From Chiloscyllium plagiosum (taxonomy: Eukaryota), in contig NC_057718.1 in the NCBI RefSeq assembly GCF_004010195.1, positions 11,639,186-11,703,185 on the forward strand: 64,000 nt of DNA, read 5' to 3'. The translations under genes and the position numbers were made by a program. Of the stretch, positions 38,563-49,600 are shown in pieces (the stretch's first letter is position 1; the number at the start of each line of letters is the position of its first letter). The notes below the pieces were generated by a model. It was not told where the DNA came from. It did not search any database and saw nothing but the letters and a program-made list of their open reading frames with translations.

Positions 38563-39658
38563 ATGGCACAGTGGTTAGCACTGCTGCCTCACAGAGACCT
38601 GGGTTCAATTCCCGCCTCGGGCAACTGTCTGTGTGGAGTTTGCACATTCTCCCCGTGTCTGCGTGCGTTTCCTCCGGGTGCTCCGGTTTCCTCCCACAGT
38701 CCAAAGAAGTGCAGGTTAGGTGAAACCAAAAGAGGAAATGCTGGAAAACCTCAGCAGGTCTGGCAGCATCTGTAAGGAGAGAAAAGAGCTGACGTTTCGA
38801 GTCTAACTGACTCTTTGTCAAAGCTAAGAAAAGGGGAGAAATAGGGAGGTATTTATACCAGGCTGAGAGAAGGTGAGTCATGGCTCCAGAAACAAAGGTA
38901 GCAATAAAGAGGTGATACTGACAGTGCATCGAGAGATTATAGGGAGACTGGGAGCTGTGAATGACCAAGGCTGATGCCAGTGCTATGTGACAAAATATGG
39001 GGGATGGGGGGAGGGGTGTTTTTAGGATGCGGCGAGAACAGCAGTTGGAAAAATGTTGTATATCATGCAAGTACCTGTAATCCTGGGGTTGGATGCAGTG
39101 TGGAATTTGAGTTGAAATCCACGTGGAGTAAGTTGCAGGTGAAGACAGTCACCGAGGAAAGAAATATGGCCGTGGAAGCGAGTCTTAGTAAATACCTTGT
39201 CTAACACAGAGAGAAAAGGAAAGCAGTGAAGGTGGACAGGGGAAGAGAGACAAACGAAAATCCTGTCGGAGAGAAGAGCAGGACTTCTTCAGGGTATGCA
39301 TTCCTGGGAGAGAGGTGGCAGTGGGTTAAACACTCGATAAAAGCAAATTACTGCGGATGCCGGAATAGCTTTGACAAAGGGTCAGTTAGACTCGAAACGT
39401 CAGCTCTTTTCTCTCCTTACAGATGCTGCCAGACCTGCTGAGATTTTCTAGCATTTTCTCTTTTGGTTTCAGATTCCAGCATCCGCAGTAATTTGCATTT
39501 ATGCAGGTTAGGTGAATTGGCCGTGCTAAATTGCCAGTGTCAGGTGAAGGGTAAATGTAGGGGAATGGGTCTGGGTGGGTTGCTCTTCAGTGGGTCGGTG
39601 TGGACTTGTTGGGCCAAAGGGCCTGTTTCCATACTGGAAGTAATCTAATCTAATCTAA
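38563..39658 (+). mobile_element. HE1/V-SINE-like SINE split by a Penelope-type insertion
   Basis: The head covers 38563-38724. The body and (ATCTA)n tail cover 39502-39658. Confidence 0.85.
38725..39501. mobile_element. Penelope-type insertion with inverted terminal copies and an ORF 5' remnant
   Basis: 15-bp TSD TGCAGGTTAGGTGAA (38710-38724 and 39502-39516). Inverted repeats of ~100 bp (38725-38826 versus 39367-39470) contain GGGTCAGTTAGACTCGAAACGTC. The minus strand gives RFHGHISFLGDCL..QLTPRGFQLKF. Confidence 0.8.
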
Positions 39659-41117
39659 TTTTTAAAAGAGATTCATGACCCTTTATGGCCATCTAATTCC
39701 TTGTTTAAGATCTTTCCCACTTTCCTTATCGACTTCAAGGACTTCATCCGTTCCCATTCTCTTAGACCTTGTGTATGCTTCCTTTTTCTTTTTGACCAAG
39801 GTCATAACATCCCTGGTCATCTAAGGTTCATGTAACTTGCCATACCTATCCTTCATTCTCACAGGAACGTGCCGTCCCTGAACTCTTATCAACTTCAGTT
39901 TGAAATATTCCCATATGTCCAACATGCATTCACCCTCAAACAGCTGCCTCCAGTCAAACTTCTCCAGCTCCTGCCTAATACTGTTGTAGCTAGCCTTCTC
40001 CCAAGGCTAACTACAATTTAACATTTCACCCAAGGACTGCTGTTATCCCTATCCACAGTATTATGGTCACTGGTCCCGAAATGCACCCCCACTGAAAATT
40101 CACTCACCTGGCTGGGCTCATTTACCAAAACCAGGTTCAGTATAATCCCTTTCCTAATCGGACTGTTTACACACTGTGTCAGGAAGCCCTCCTGAAAGGT
40201 CCTTACAAATTCGGCCCCATCCAAAGCCCTTGAACAAAGTGAGTCCCAGTGAATATAGGGGAAGTTAAAATCATCCCCACCACTCTGCTGGTTTTATGTC
40301 TTCCCAAATTCTGTCTACATATTCTCTCCTGTATCTTCTGCTGGCTGTTGGAAGGCCTGTAGTATACCCCCAGCATTGTGATTTCACCTTTCCTATTCTT
40401 GAGTTCTACCCATATTGCCTTGCTGCATGAGTCCGCTGATGTATCCTCCCTGAGTAAAGCTGTGAGACACTCCGTTACCAGTAATGCAACTCTCCCACCC
40501 CTTTTCTATCACATCTGAGACATCTAAATCCTGGGACTTTCAGCTGCCAGTCCTGTCCCTCTTTCAGCCAAGTCTCTGCAATAATGTCACAGGTCCAAAT
40601 ACTAACCAAAGCTCTGAGTTCATCTCCCTTGCCCGTTCTACATGTCGCATTGAAACACATCCATTTCAGGCCACCTCCCCAGTTCTTTCCTGCAGCATTT
40701 CCCTGTCTGTTCTTGTTCTTAGTTTCTACCTCTCCCTCAATTTCTGCGACCACTGCCCTACTCCTCTTGTTCCCAACCCCCTGCCACACTAGTGAAACCC
40801 TCCCCAACGAATCGACCAAGTACCTGCCGAGCATTCCTGAAGCTGTAGTTTCAGCAGCTTGAGATTCATGTCCTGGGCTTGATGGTGAAGGAAGGTGCAT
40901 TCACAACACAGTCAGATGTGCTGAGTACCAACCTCCTTATCCTCTCAACACACACCAATGGTGAGCAGTCAAGCCTCAACTTGACTTGCTCCTCAGGATT
41001 TTGTTTCTGAACAGATGGCGACGGGAATAGAGTGTGTTTTCTAATTTGTGAAATTCAACAACTGAAGCTTAGGCATATTCCTCTCATCATTGTTAAGATG
41101 GGCATGACATAAACATG

Positions 41118-41254
41118 GGAGAAAGTGAGGACTGCAGATGCTGGAGATCAGAGCTGAAAGTGTGTTGCTGGAAAAGCGCAGCTGGTCAGGCAGCATCCAA
41201 GGAGCAGGAGAATTCTTCAGGAATCCTGAAGAAGGGCTCATGCCCGAAACGTCG
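41118..41254. mobile_element. short Penelope-derived insertion ending in a hammerhead motif
   Basis: 14-bp TSD ATGACATAAACATG (41104-41117 and 41255-41268). Confidence 0.85.
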
Positions 41255-41256
41255 AT
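41223..41256 (+). ncRNA. minimal type I hammerhead ribozyme motif
   Basis: ATC-CTGAAGA-A-GGGC TCAT GCCC-GAAA-C-GTC-GAT. This gives the CUGANGA box, stem II, the GAAA box, a GUC cleavage triplet and a 3-bp stem I. Confidence 0.6.
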
Positions 41257-41279
41257 GACATAAACATGCTAGTATCTAT

Positions 41280-42310
41280 CTAGAACCAACATATACATCT
41301 GTCACTGTTCACTCAGGTCATCAGAGTTGCTGTGGTAACATCCACCTTTCCATCCATGTTATAGTGTAGAGATATGCATAGTGATGGTAGTGGCTCCAAT
41401 GTTTCCATAATCACCTGGCTGGCTTAGTATCTCTTCCACTCTCGGAAGTCTCGTGAATGACAGTAACCTGAGTCTTGGTGCTGGGTATTTGGTCTGAGAG
41501 GGGACACTGATTGGAGAGCATTTATCCTGTCATCGCATTTGCAGAGGCATTCATGATGATAGTTCTCAAGGATTAGAGGTGTCTGCCGTACACAGTCCAA
41601 GTTTCTGTCACATACAGAAGGACAATTAACACTGCTACATTGTAGACCCTGAACTTGGAGTCAGGTTGGAGGTCTTTATACCATTTTGCTCCTCAGTTGA
41701 CCAAAGACTCCCCGGGCACACTGGAAGTGATGGAGAATTTCATTGTCAATTTCTACCTTAGCTATAAACTGGCGACAGAGCAGTGAGTATTGACCCACGC
41801 TGTCTAGAGGCATGTTCTAGATTGTTGGGGGGGGGGTGCAGTGTCATGTGATGGGAGCGAGCTGGTAGAGGACTTTTGTCTTCCACATGTTTAGCTTAAC
41901 GCCCATTCTCTCATATGGGTCTGTGAATGCATCAACAATGGTTTGGAATTTGGCCTACAATTGTTGTACATACAGTGGAGAGAGTGTGGGGCTGGAGAAG
42001 CACAGCAGGTCAGGCAGCATCTGAGGAGCAGGAGAGTCAACGTTTTGGATAAAAGCCCTGCGTACAGTAGCCTCATCACCATCTTCAAGTTGATGAAAGA
42101 GATTGGGATGGTCTTGGTTTCAGACAGGAGGTGATGCAGGTTGAACAGTTTCCCACAGATCCTGGAGAGAGGCTCCACACCAGCAGGAAGTCTCATGAAT
42201 AGGATAGAAAATGGTGGTGAGGAAGATGGAGGAAAGTACAGACGCAACGACACAGCCTTGGTTAACCGGAGTAGACCCACATATTGTTCCTGTGATGGAG
42301 CAATTAGAGG
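41280..42310 (-). mobile_element. decayed RTE-like LINE (with a Penelope fragment at ~41977-42060)
   Basis: Minus-strand GKLFNLHHLLSETKT resembles the RTE motif GxLFNLRRLxAKTK. Confidence 0.5.
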
Positions 42311-42665
42311 TAGAGAGTCATAGAGATGTACAGCATGGAAACTGACCCTTCGGTCCAACCCGTCCATGCCGACCAGATATCCCAACCCAATCTAGTCCCA
42401 CCTGCCAGCACCTGGCCCATATCCCTCCAAACCCTTCCTATTCATAGACCCATCCAAATGCCTCTTAAATGTTGCAATTGTACCAGCCTCCACCACTTCT
42501 CCTGGCAGCTCATTCCAAACACGTACCACCCTCTGTGTGAACAACTTGCTCCTTAGGTCCCTTCTATATCTATCCCCTCTCACTCTAAACCTATGTTCTC
42601 TAGTTCTGAACTCCCCCACCCCAGGGAAAAGACTTTGTCTATTTATCCTATCCAAGCCCCTCAGA
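42310..42665 (-). mobile_element. CR1 3' end
   Basis: DRINRQSLFP...FTQRVVRVWNELP...FKRHLD with a TCTATGACTCT tail. Confidence 0.88.
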
Positions 42666-42914
42666 ATTGTTGAAGATCATGGCTTTGATGCTATTGTGCA
42701 GCAGGCAGAGAATGATGGCACATTGCTGCAATAATTCATTCCGAATTACCTGAGTGAAGATAAAGAAAGCCATGTATTGAGATTTTTGCTGATGTTTGCA
42801 CGTTCCTTGGGCTTACCTTGCTGTGATAACTGGATGTTTCCGCTGTGTTAGTTGCATTTTAAACACAACAGAAAGATTCCACAGAAAGATTCCGCTGACT
42901 TCTGGGTTCCTGGA

Positions 42915-43200
42915 ACTTGCAAAACGTTTCAGGGAACACCTCTGGGACACCTGCACCAACCAACCCAACCACCCCCTCACCTCCTTCCACCTATCGTATT
43001 CCCAGTGCTCCTCCTCCAAATTCCCCCCTCCCCCCACCTTTTATCTCAGCCCGCCTGGCACACCAGCATCATTCCTGAAGAAGGGCTTATGCCCGAAACG
43101 TCGATTCTCCTGCTCCTCGGATGCTGCCTGGCCTGCTGTGTTTTTCCAGCATCACATTTTTCAACTCTTGTCTCTAGCATTTGCAGTCCTCACTTTTTCC
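42915..43200 (+). mobile_element. Penelope 3' remnant with terminal repeat
   Basis: LAKRFREHLWD..TNQP resembles a GIY-YIG C-terminal segment. A C-rich tract and the hammerhead-bearing terminal repeat follow. Confidence 0.7.
43073..43104 (+). ncRNA. minimal type I hammerhead ribozyme motif
   Basis: CTGAAGA (43075-43081), then A-GGGC TTAT GCCC, GAAA (43095-43098) and C-GTC. Confidence 0.6.
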
Positions 43201-45500
43201 CGTCTATGTGTTAGTGACAGTGTAAAGTCAGCAGCGAGATTCCCCAAGGTTCTATGTTTTAGTGAGAATGTAAACTCAGCAGTGAGATTCTCAAAGGCTC
43301 TGTGTGTTAATGACAGTGCAAACTTTGCAGCGAAATCCCGAAAGGCTTTGTGTGTTAGTGACAGTGTAAACCCAGCAGCAACATTCCCCAAAACTCTGTG
43401 TGTCAGTGACAGTGTAAACTCAGCATCGAGATTCTCCAAGGTTCTGTGTGTCAGTGACAGTGTAAACTCAGCATCAAGATTCTCCAAGGCTGAGTGTGTC
43501 AGTGACAGTGTAAACTCAGCAGCGAGATTCCCCAAGGATCTGTGTGTCAGTGACAGTGTAAACTCAGCAGCGAGATTCCCCAAGGATCTGTGTGTCAGTG
43601 ACAGTGTAAACTCAGCAGTGAGATTCTCCAAGGATCTGTGTGTCAGTGACAGTGTAAACTCAGCAGCGAGATTCCCCAAGGATCTGTGTGTCAGTGACAG
43701 TGTAAATTCAGCAGCGAGATTCCCCAAGGATCTGTGTGTCAGTGACAGTGTAAACTCAGCAGCGAGAATCTTCAAAGGTCTGTGTAAGTGAAAGTGTAAA
43801 CTCAGAATTGAGATACTCCAAGGCTCTGTGTGTTAGTGACAGGGTAAACCTAGCAGCGAGATTCCCGAGGGCTCAGTGTGTTAGTGACATTGTAAACACA
43901 GCAGCGAGATTCCCCAAGGCTCTGTGTGTGTGAGAGAGACAACTCAGAAACGAGATTCTCCAAGGGTCTGTGAGTTAGTCACAGTGTAAACTCAGCAGCG
44001 AAATTCTGAAAGGCTTTGTTGTGTTAGTGACAGTGTAAACTCAGCAGCAACATTTCCCAACGCTGTGTGTCAATGACTGTGTAAACACAGCAGCGGGATT
44101 CCCCACGTCTCTGTCAGTGACAGTGTAAACTCAGCAGTGAGATTCCCCAAGGATCTGTGTTTCAGTGACAGTGTAAACACAGCAGCAAGAATCTCCAAAG
44201 CTCTGTGCGAGTGAAAGTGTAATCTCAGAATTTTGATACTCCAAGGCTCTGTGTATTAGTGATAGTGTAAAACCTGCAGCGATATTCCCCAAGGCTCTGT
44301 GTGTCAGTGACAGTGTAAACTCAGCAGCGAAATTCTGAAAAGCTTTGTTGTGTTAGTCACAGTGTCAACTCAGTAGCAACATTTCCCAACGCTGTATGTC
44401 AGTGACCGTGTAAACACAGCAGTGAGATTCTCCAACGCTCTGTGTGTTAGTGACAGTGTACGCCCAGCAGCGAGATTCTCCAACGCTCTGTGTGTTCGTG
44501 ACAGTGTAAACCCAGCAGCAAGATTCCCAAAAGCTCTGTGTGATAGTGACAGTGTAAACCCAGCAGTGAGCTTCTCCAAGGCCCTGTGTGTCAGTGACTG
44601 TGTAAACTCAGCAGCAACATTCCCCAAGGCTGTGTGATAGTGAAGGTGTATACTCAGCAGTGACATTCCCCAAGACACTATATGTTAGAGACCGCGTAAC
44701 CTTAGCAGTGAGATTCCCAACGGGTCTGTGTTTCACGGACAGTGTAAACTCAGCAGCGAGATTCTCCAAGATTCGTGTTAGCGACAGTGCAAACTCAGCA
44801 GCGTGATTCCCCAAGGCTCTGTGTGTCAGTGATAGTGTAAACACAGCAGCGAGATTCCCTAGGGCTCTGTGTGTTAGTGACAGTGTAAACACAGCAGCGA
44901 GATTCTCCAATGGCTCTGTGTGTCAGTGACAGTGTAAACACAGCAGCGAGATTCTCCAAGATTCTGTTTGTTAGTGACAGTGTAACCTCAGCAGCGAGAT
45001 TCTCCCAGGGTTTGTGTGTCAATGACATGTAAACACAGCAGCAAGATTCTCCAAGGCTCAGTGTGTCAGTGACAGTGTAAACTCAGCAGCAAGATTCTCC
45101 AAGGCTCAGTGTGTCAGTGACAGTGTAAACTCAGCAGCGAGATTCCCAATGGCTCTGTGTTTCAGTGGCAGAGAATACTCAGCAGCAAGATTCTCCAAGG
45201 CTCTGTGCGTTAGTGACAGTGTAACCTCAGCAGCGAGATTCTCCCAGGATTTGTGTTTCAGTGACAGTGTAAACACTCAGCAGCGAGAATCTCCAAAGCT
45301 CTGTGTGAGTGAAAGTGTAAACTCAGAATTTTGATACTCCGATGCTCTGTGTGTTAGTGATTGTGTGCAACCAGCAGCGAGATTCCCCAAGTCTCTGTGT
45401 GTTAGTGACAGTGTAAACACAGCAGCGAGATTCCCCAAGGCTCTGTGTGTTAGTGACAGTGTAAAAACAGCAGCGAGATTCCCTAGGGCTCTGTGTGTAA

Positions 45501-45788
45501 GTGGTGCTGGAAGAGCACAGCAATTCAGGCAGCATCCGAGGACAGGCAAAATCCGAGGACAGGCAAAATCGACGTTTCGGGCGAAACCCCTTCATCAGGA
45601 ATAAAGGCAGAGAACCTGAAGCGTGGAGAGATCAGCTAGAGGAGGGTGAGTGTGGGGAGAAAGTAGCATAGAGTACAATAGGTCAGTGGGGGAGGAGATG
45701 AAGGTGATAGGTCAGGGAGGAGAGGGTGGAGTGGATAGGTGGAAAAGGAGCTGGGCAGGTCGGACAAGTCCGGACAAGACAAGGGGAC
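45501..45788 (-). mobile_element. Penelope terminal-repeat insertion within the satellite
   Basis: GTGGTGCTGGAAGAGCACAGC...GACGTTTCGGGCGAAACCCCTTCATCAGGAAT followed by a G-rich tract. It lies beside the N gap. Confidence 0.8.
45571..45600 (-). ncRNA. minimal hammerhead ribozyme motif (canonical CUGAUGA)
   Basis: The minus strand reads CTGATGA-A-GGG GTTTCG CCC-GAAA-C-GTC. Confidence 0.6.
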
Positions 45789-45798
45789 AGTGACAGTG

Positions 45799-46696
45799 NN
45801 NNNNNNNNNNNNNNNNNNNNNNNNNNNNNNNNNNNNNNNNNNNNNNNNNNNNNNNNNNNNNNNNNNNNNNNNNNNNNNNNNNNNNNNNNNNNNNNNNNNN
45901 NNNNNNNNNNNNNNNNNNNNNNNNNNNNNNNNNNNNNNNNNNNNNNNNNNNNNNNNNNNNNNNNNNNNNNNNNNNNNNNNNNNNNNNNNNNNNNNNNNNN
46001 NNNNNNNNNNNNNNNNNNNNNNNNNNNNNNNNNNNNNNNNNNNNNNNNNNNNNNNNNNNNNNNNNNNNNNNNNNNNNNNNNNNNNNNNNNNNNNNNNNNN
46101 NNNNNNNNNNNNNNNNNNNNNNNNNNNNNNNNNNNNNNNNNNNNNNNNNNNNNNNNNNNNNNNNNNNNNNNNNNNNNNNNNNNNNNNNNNNNNNNNNNNN
46201 NNNNNNNNNNNNNNNNNNNNNNNNNNNNNNNNNNNNNNNNNNNNNNNNNNNNNNNNNNNNNNNNNNNNNNNNNNNNNNNNNNNNNNNNNNNNNNNNNNNN
46301 NNNNNNNNNNNNNNNNNNNNNNNNNNNNNNNNNNNNNNNNNNNNNNNNNNNNNNNNNNNNNNNNNNNNNNNNNNNNNNNNNNNNNNNNNNNNNNNNNNNN
46401 NNNNNNNNNNNNNNNNNNNNNNNNNNNNNNNNNNNNNNNNNNNNNNNNNNNNNNNNNNNNNNNNNNNNNNNNNNNNNNNNNNNNNNNNNNNNNNNNNNNN
46501 NNNNNNNNNNNNNNNNNNNNNNNNNNNNNNNNNNNNNNNNNNNNNNNNNNNNNNNNNNNNNNNNNNNNNNNNNNNNNNNNNNNNNNNNNNNNNNNNNNNN
46601 NNNNNNNNNNNNNNNNNNNNNNNNNNNNNNNNNNNNNNNNNNNNNNNNNNNNNNNNNNNNNNNNNNNNNNNNNNNNNNNNNNNNNNNNNNNNNNNN
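45799..46696. other. assembly gap
   Basis: Run of N. Confidence 1.
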
Positions 46697-49600
46697 ACTC
46701 AGCAGTGAGATTCCCCAAGGATCTGTGTGTCAGTGACAGTGTAAACTCAGCAGCGAGATTCTCCAAGGCTCTGTGTGTTAGTGTGTGTATACTCAGCAGT
46801 GAGATTCCCCAAGGATCTGTGTGTCAGTGACAGTGTAAACTCAGCAGCAAAATTCTGAAAGGCTTTGTTGTGTTAGTCACAGTGTAAACTCAGCAGCAAC
46901 ATTTCCCAAAGTAGTGACAGTGTAAACCCAGCAGCGAGATTCTCCGAAACTCTGTGTCGGTGAAAGTGTAAACTCTGAATTGAGATACTCCAATGCACTG
47001 TGTGTTAGTGTCAGTGTAAACACAGCAGCGAGGCTCGGTGTGTCAGTGACAGTGTAAACACAGCAGCGAGATTCTCCAAGGCTCTGTGTGTTAGTGAGTG
47101 TATACTCAGCAGTGAGATTCCCCAAGGATTTGTGTCAGTGACAGTGTAAACTCAGCAGCAAGAATCTCCAAAGCTGTGTGAGTGAAAGTGTAAACTCAGA
47201 ATTTTGATACTCCGATGCTCTGTGTGTTAGTGATAGTGTAAAACCCGCAGCGAGATTCCCCAAGGCTCTGTGTGTCAGTGACAGTGAAAACTCAGCAGTG
47301 AGATTCCCAAAGGTTCTGCGTGTGAGAGAGAGAAAACTCAGAAACGAGATCCTCAAAGGCTCTGTGAGTTAGTCACAGTGTAATCCCAGCAGCGAGATTC
47401 CCCAAGGCTCAGTGTGAGTGAAAGTGTAAACTCAGCAAGAAGAGATCCCAATGCTCTGTGTGTTCGTGACAGTGTAAACACAGCAGCGTGATTCTCCAAA
47501 GCTCTGTGTGAGAGAGAGTGAAAACGCAGCAGCGAGATCCTCCAATTTTCTGAGTTAGTCACAGTATAATCCCAGCAGAGAGATTCTCCAAGGGTTAGTG
47601 TTTCAGTGACAGTGTAAACACAGCAGCGAGATTCCCCAAGGCTCTGTGTGTCAGTGACAGTGTAAACTCAGCAGCAATATTTGCCAAAGCTGTGTCAGTG
47701 ACAGTGCAAACACAGCAGCGAGATATTCCAAGATTCTGTTTGTTAGTGACAGTGTAACCTCAGCAGCGAGATTCTCCCAGGGTTTGTGTGTCAATGACAT
47801 GTAAACTCAGTAGCGAGATTCCCAATGGCTCTGTGTTTCAGAGGCAGAGAATACGCAGCAGAGAGATTCTCCAAGCCTCTGTGCGTTAGTGACAGTGTAA
47901 CCTCAGCAGCGAGATTCTCCCAGGGTTTGTGTTTCAGTGACAGTGTAAACCCAGCAGCGAGAATCTCCAAAGCTCTGTGTGAGTGAAAGTGTAAACTCAG
48001 AATTTTGATACTCCGATGCTCTGAGTGTTAGTGATTGTGTGCAACCAGCAGCGAGATTCTCCAAGGATCTGTGTGTTAGTGACAGTGTAAACACAACAGC
48101 GAGATTCCCCAAGGGTCTGTGTGTCAGTGACAGTGTAAACACAGCAGCGCGATTCCCTAGGGCTCTGTGTGTCAGTGACAGTGTAAACACAGCAGCGAGA
48201 TTCCCTCGGGCTCTGTGTGTAAGTGACAGTGTAAACACAGCAGTGAGATTCCCCAAGGCACTGCGTGAGTGAAAGTGTAAACTCGGAAATAAGAGACACC
48301 AAGGCTCTGTGTGTTAGTGACAGGGTAAACTCAGCAGCAACATTCCTCAAGGCTGTGTGATAGTGAAGGTGTATACTCAGCAGTGACATTCCCCAAGATA
48401 CTATATGTTAGAGACAGCGTAAACTCAGCCGCGAGATTCTCCAAGGCTCTGTGTGTTAGTGACAGCGTATACTCTGCAGCGATATTCTCCAAGGCTCTGT
48501 CAGTGACAGTGTAAACACAGCCGCGAGATTCACCAAGGCTGTGTGCTGGTGAGTGTATACTCAGCAGTGAGATTCCCCAAGGATCAGTGTGTCAGTGACA
48601 GTGTAAACTCAGCAGCAAAATTCTGAAAGGCTTTGTTGTGTTAGTCACAGTGTAAACTCAGCAGCAACATTTCCCAAAGCTGTGTGTCTCAGCAGCAACA
48701 TTTCCCAAAGTAGTGACAGTGTAAACCCAGCAGCGGGATTCTCCGAAACTCTGTGTGAGTGAAAGTGTAAACTCAGAATTGAGATACTCCAATGCACTGT
48801 GTGTTAGTGTCAGTGTAAACACAGCAGCGAGGCTCGGTGTGTCAGTGACAGTGTAAACACAGCAGCGAGATTCCCCAAGGCTCTGTGTGTCAGTGACAGT
48901 GAAAACACAGCAGCGAGATTCCCCAAGGCTCTGTGTGTCAGTGACAGTGAAAACACAGCAGCGAGAATCCCCAAGGCTCTGTGTGTCAGTGACAGTGTAA
49001 ACTCAGCAGCGTGATTCTCCAAAGCTCTGTGTGAGAGAGAGTGAAAACGCAGCAGCGAGATCCTCCAAGTTTCTGTGAGTTAGTCACAGTGTAATCCCAG
49101 CAGCGAGATTCCCCAAGGGTTTGTGTTTCAGTGACAGTGTGAACTCAGCAGCGAGATTCTCCAAAATTCTTTGTGTTAGTCACAGTGTAAACACAGCGGT
49201 GAGATTTCCCAATGCTCTGTGTTTTTGACAGTGCAAGCTTTGAAGCGAAATTCTGAAAGGCTCTGTGTGTTAATCACAGTGTAAACTCAGCAGAGAGATA
49301 CCCCAACGTTCTGTGTGTTAGTGACAGTGTAAACGCAGCAGCGAGATTCCCCAAGGCTCTGTGTGTCAGTGACAGTGTAAACTCAGCAGCGAGATTCCCT
49401 AAGGCTCTTTGTGAGAGAGAGAGAAAATTCAGAAACGAGATCCTCCAAGTACCTGTGAGTTAGTCACAGTGTAATCCCAGCAGCGAGATTCTCCAAAGCT
49501 CTGTGGGTGAGTGACAGTGTAAACTCAGCAGCGTGATTCTCCAAGGAACTGTGCGTTAGTGACAGTGTAAACACAGCCGCGAGATTACCCAAGGCTCTGT

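Larger units (their letters stand above)
35270..40790 (-). mobile_element. long decayed CR1 LINE (EN to 3' UTR) carrying several nested insertions
   Basis: Minus-strand LKWMCFNA...IIAETWL (~40560-40660), FQEGFLTQCV..P, AFDKVPHGRL, FPQGSVLGPLL..YINDLE and PHLEYCLQF. The element is split at 35566-35748, 36601-36802 and 37718-39671. Confidence 0.85.

Noticed and set aside
45636..46830. 300+ aa ORFs in the track (also 51630-52418)
   Set aside because: They are artefacts of translating N gaps.
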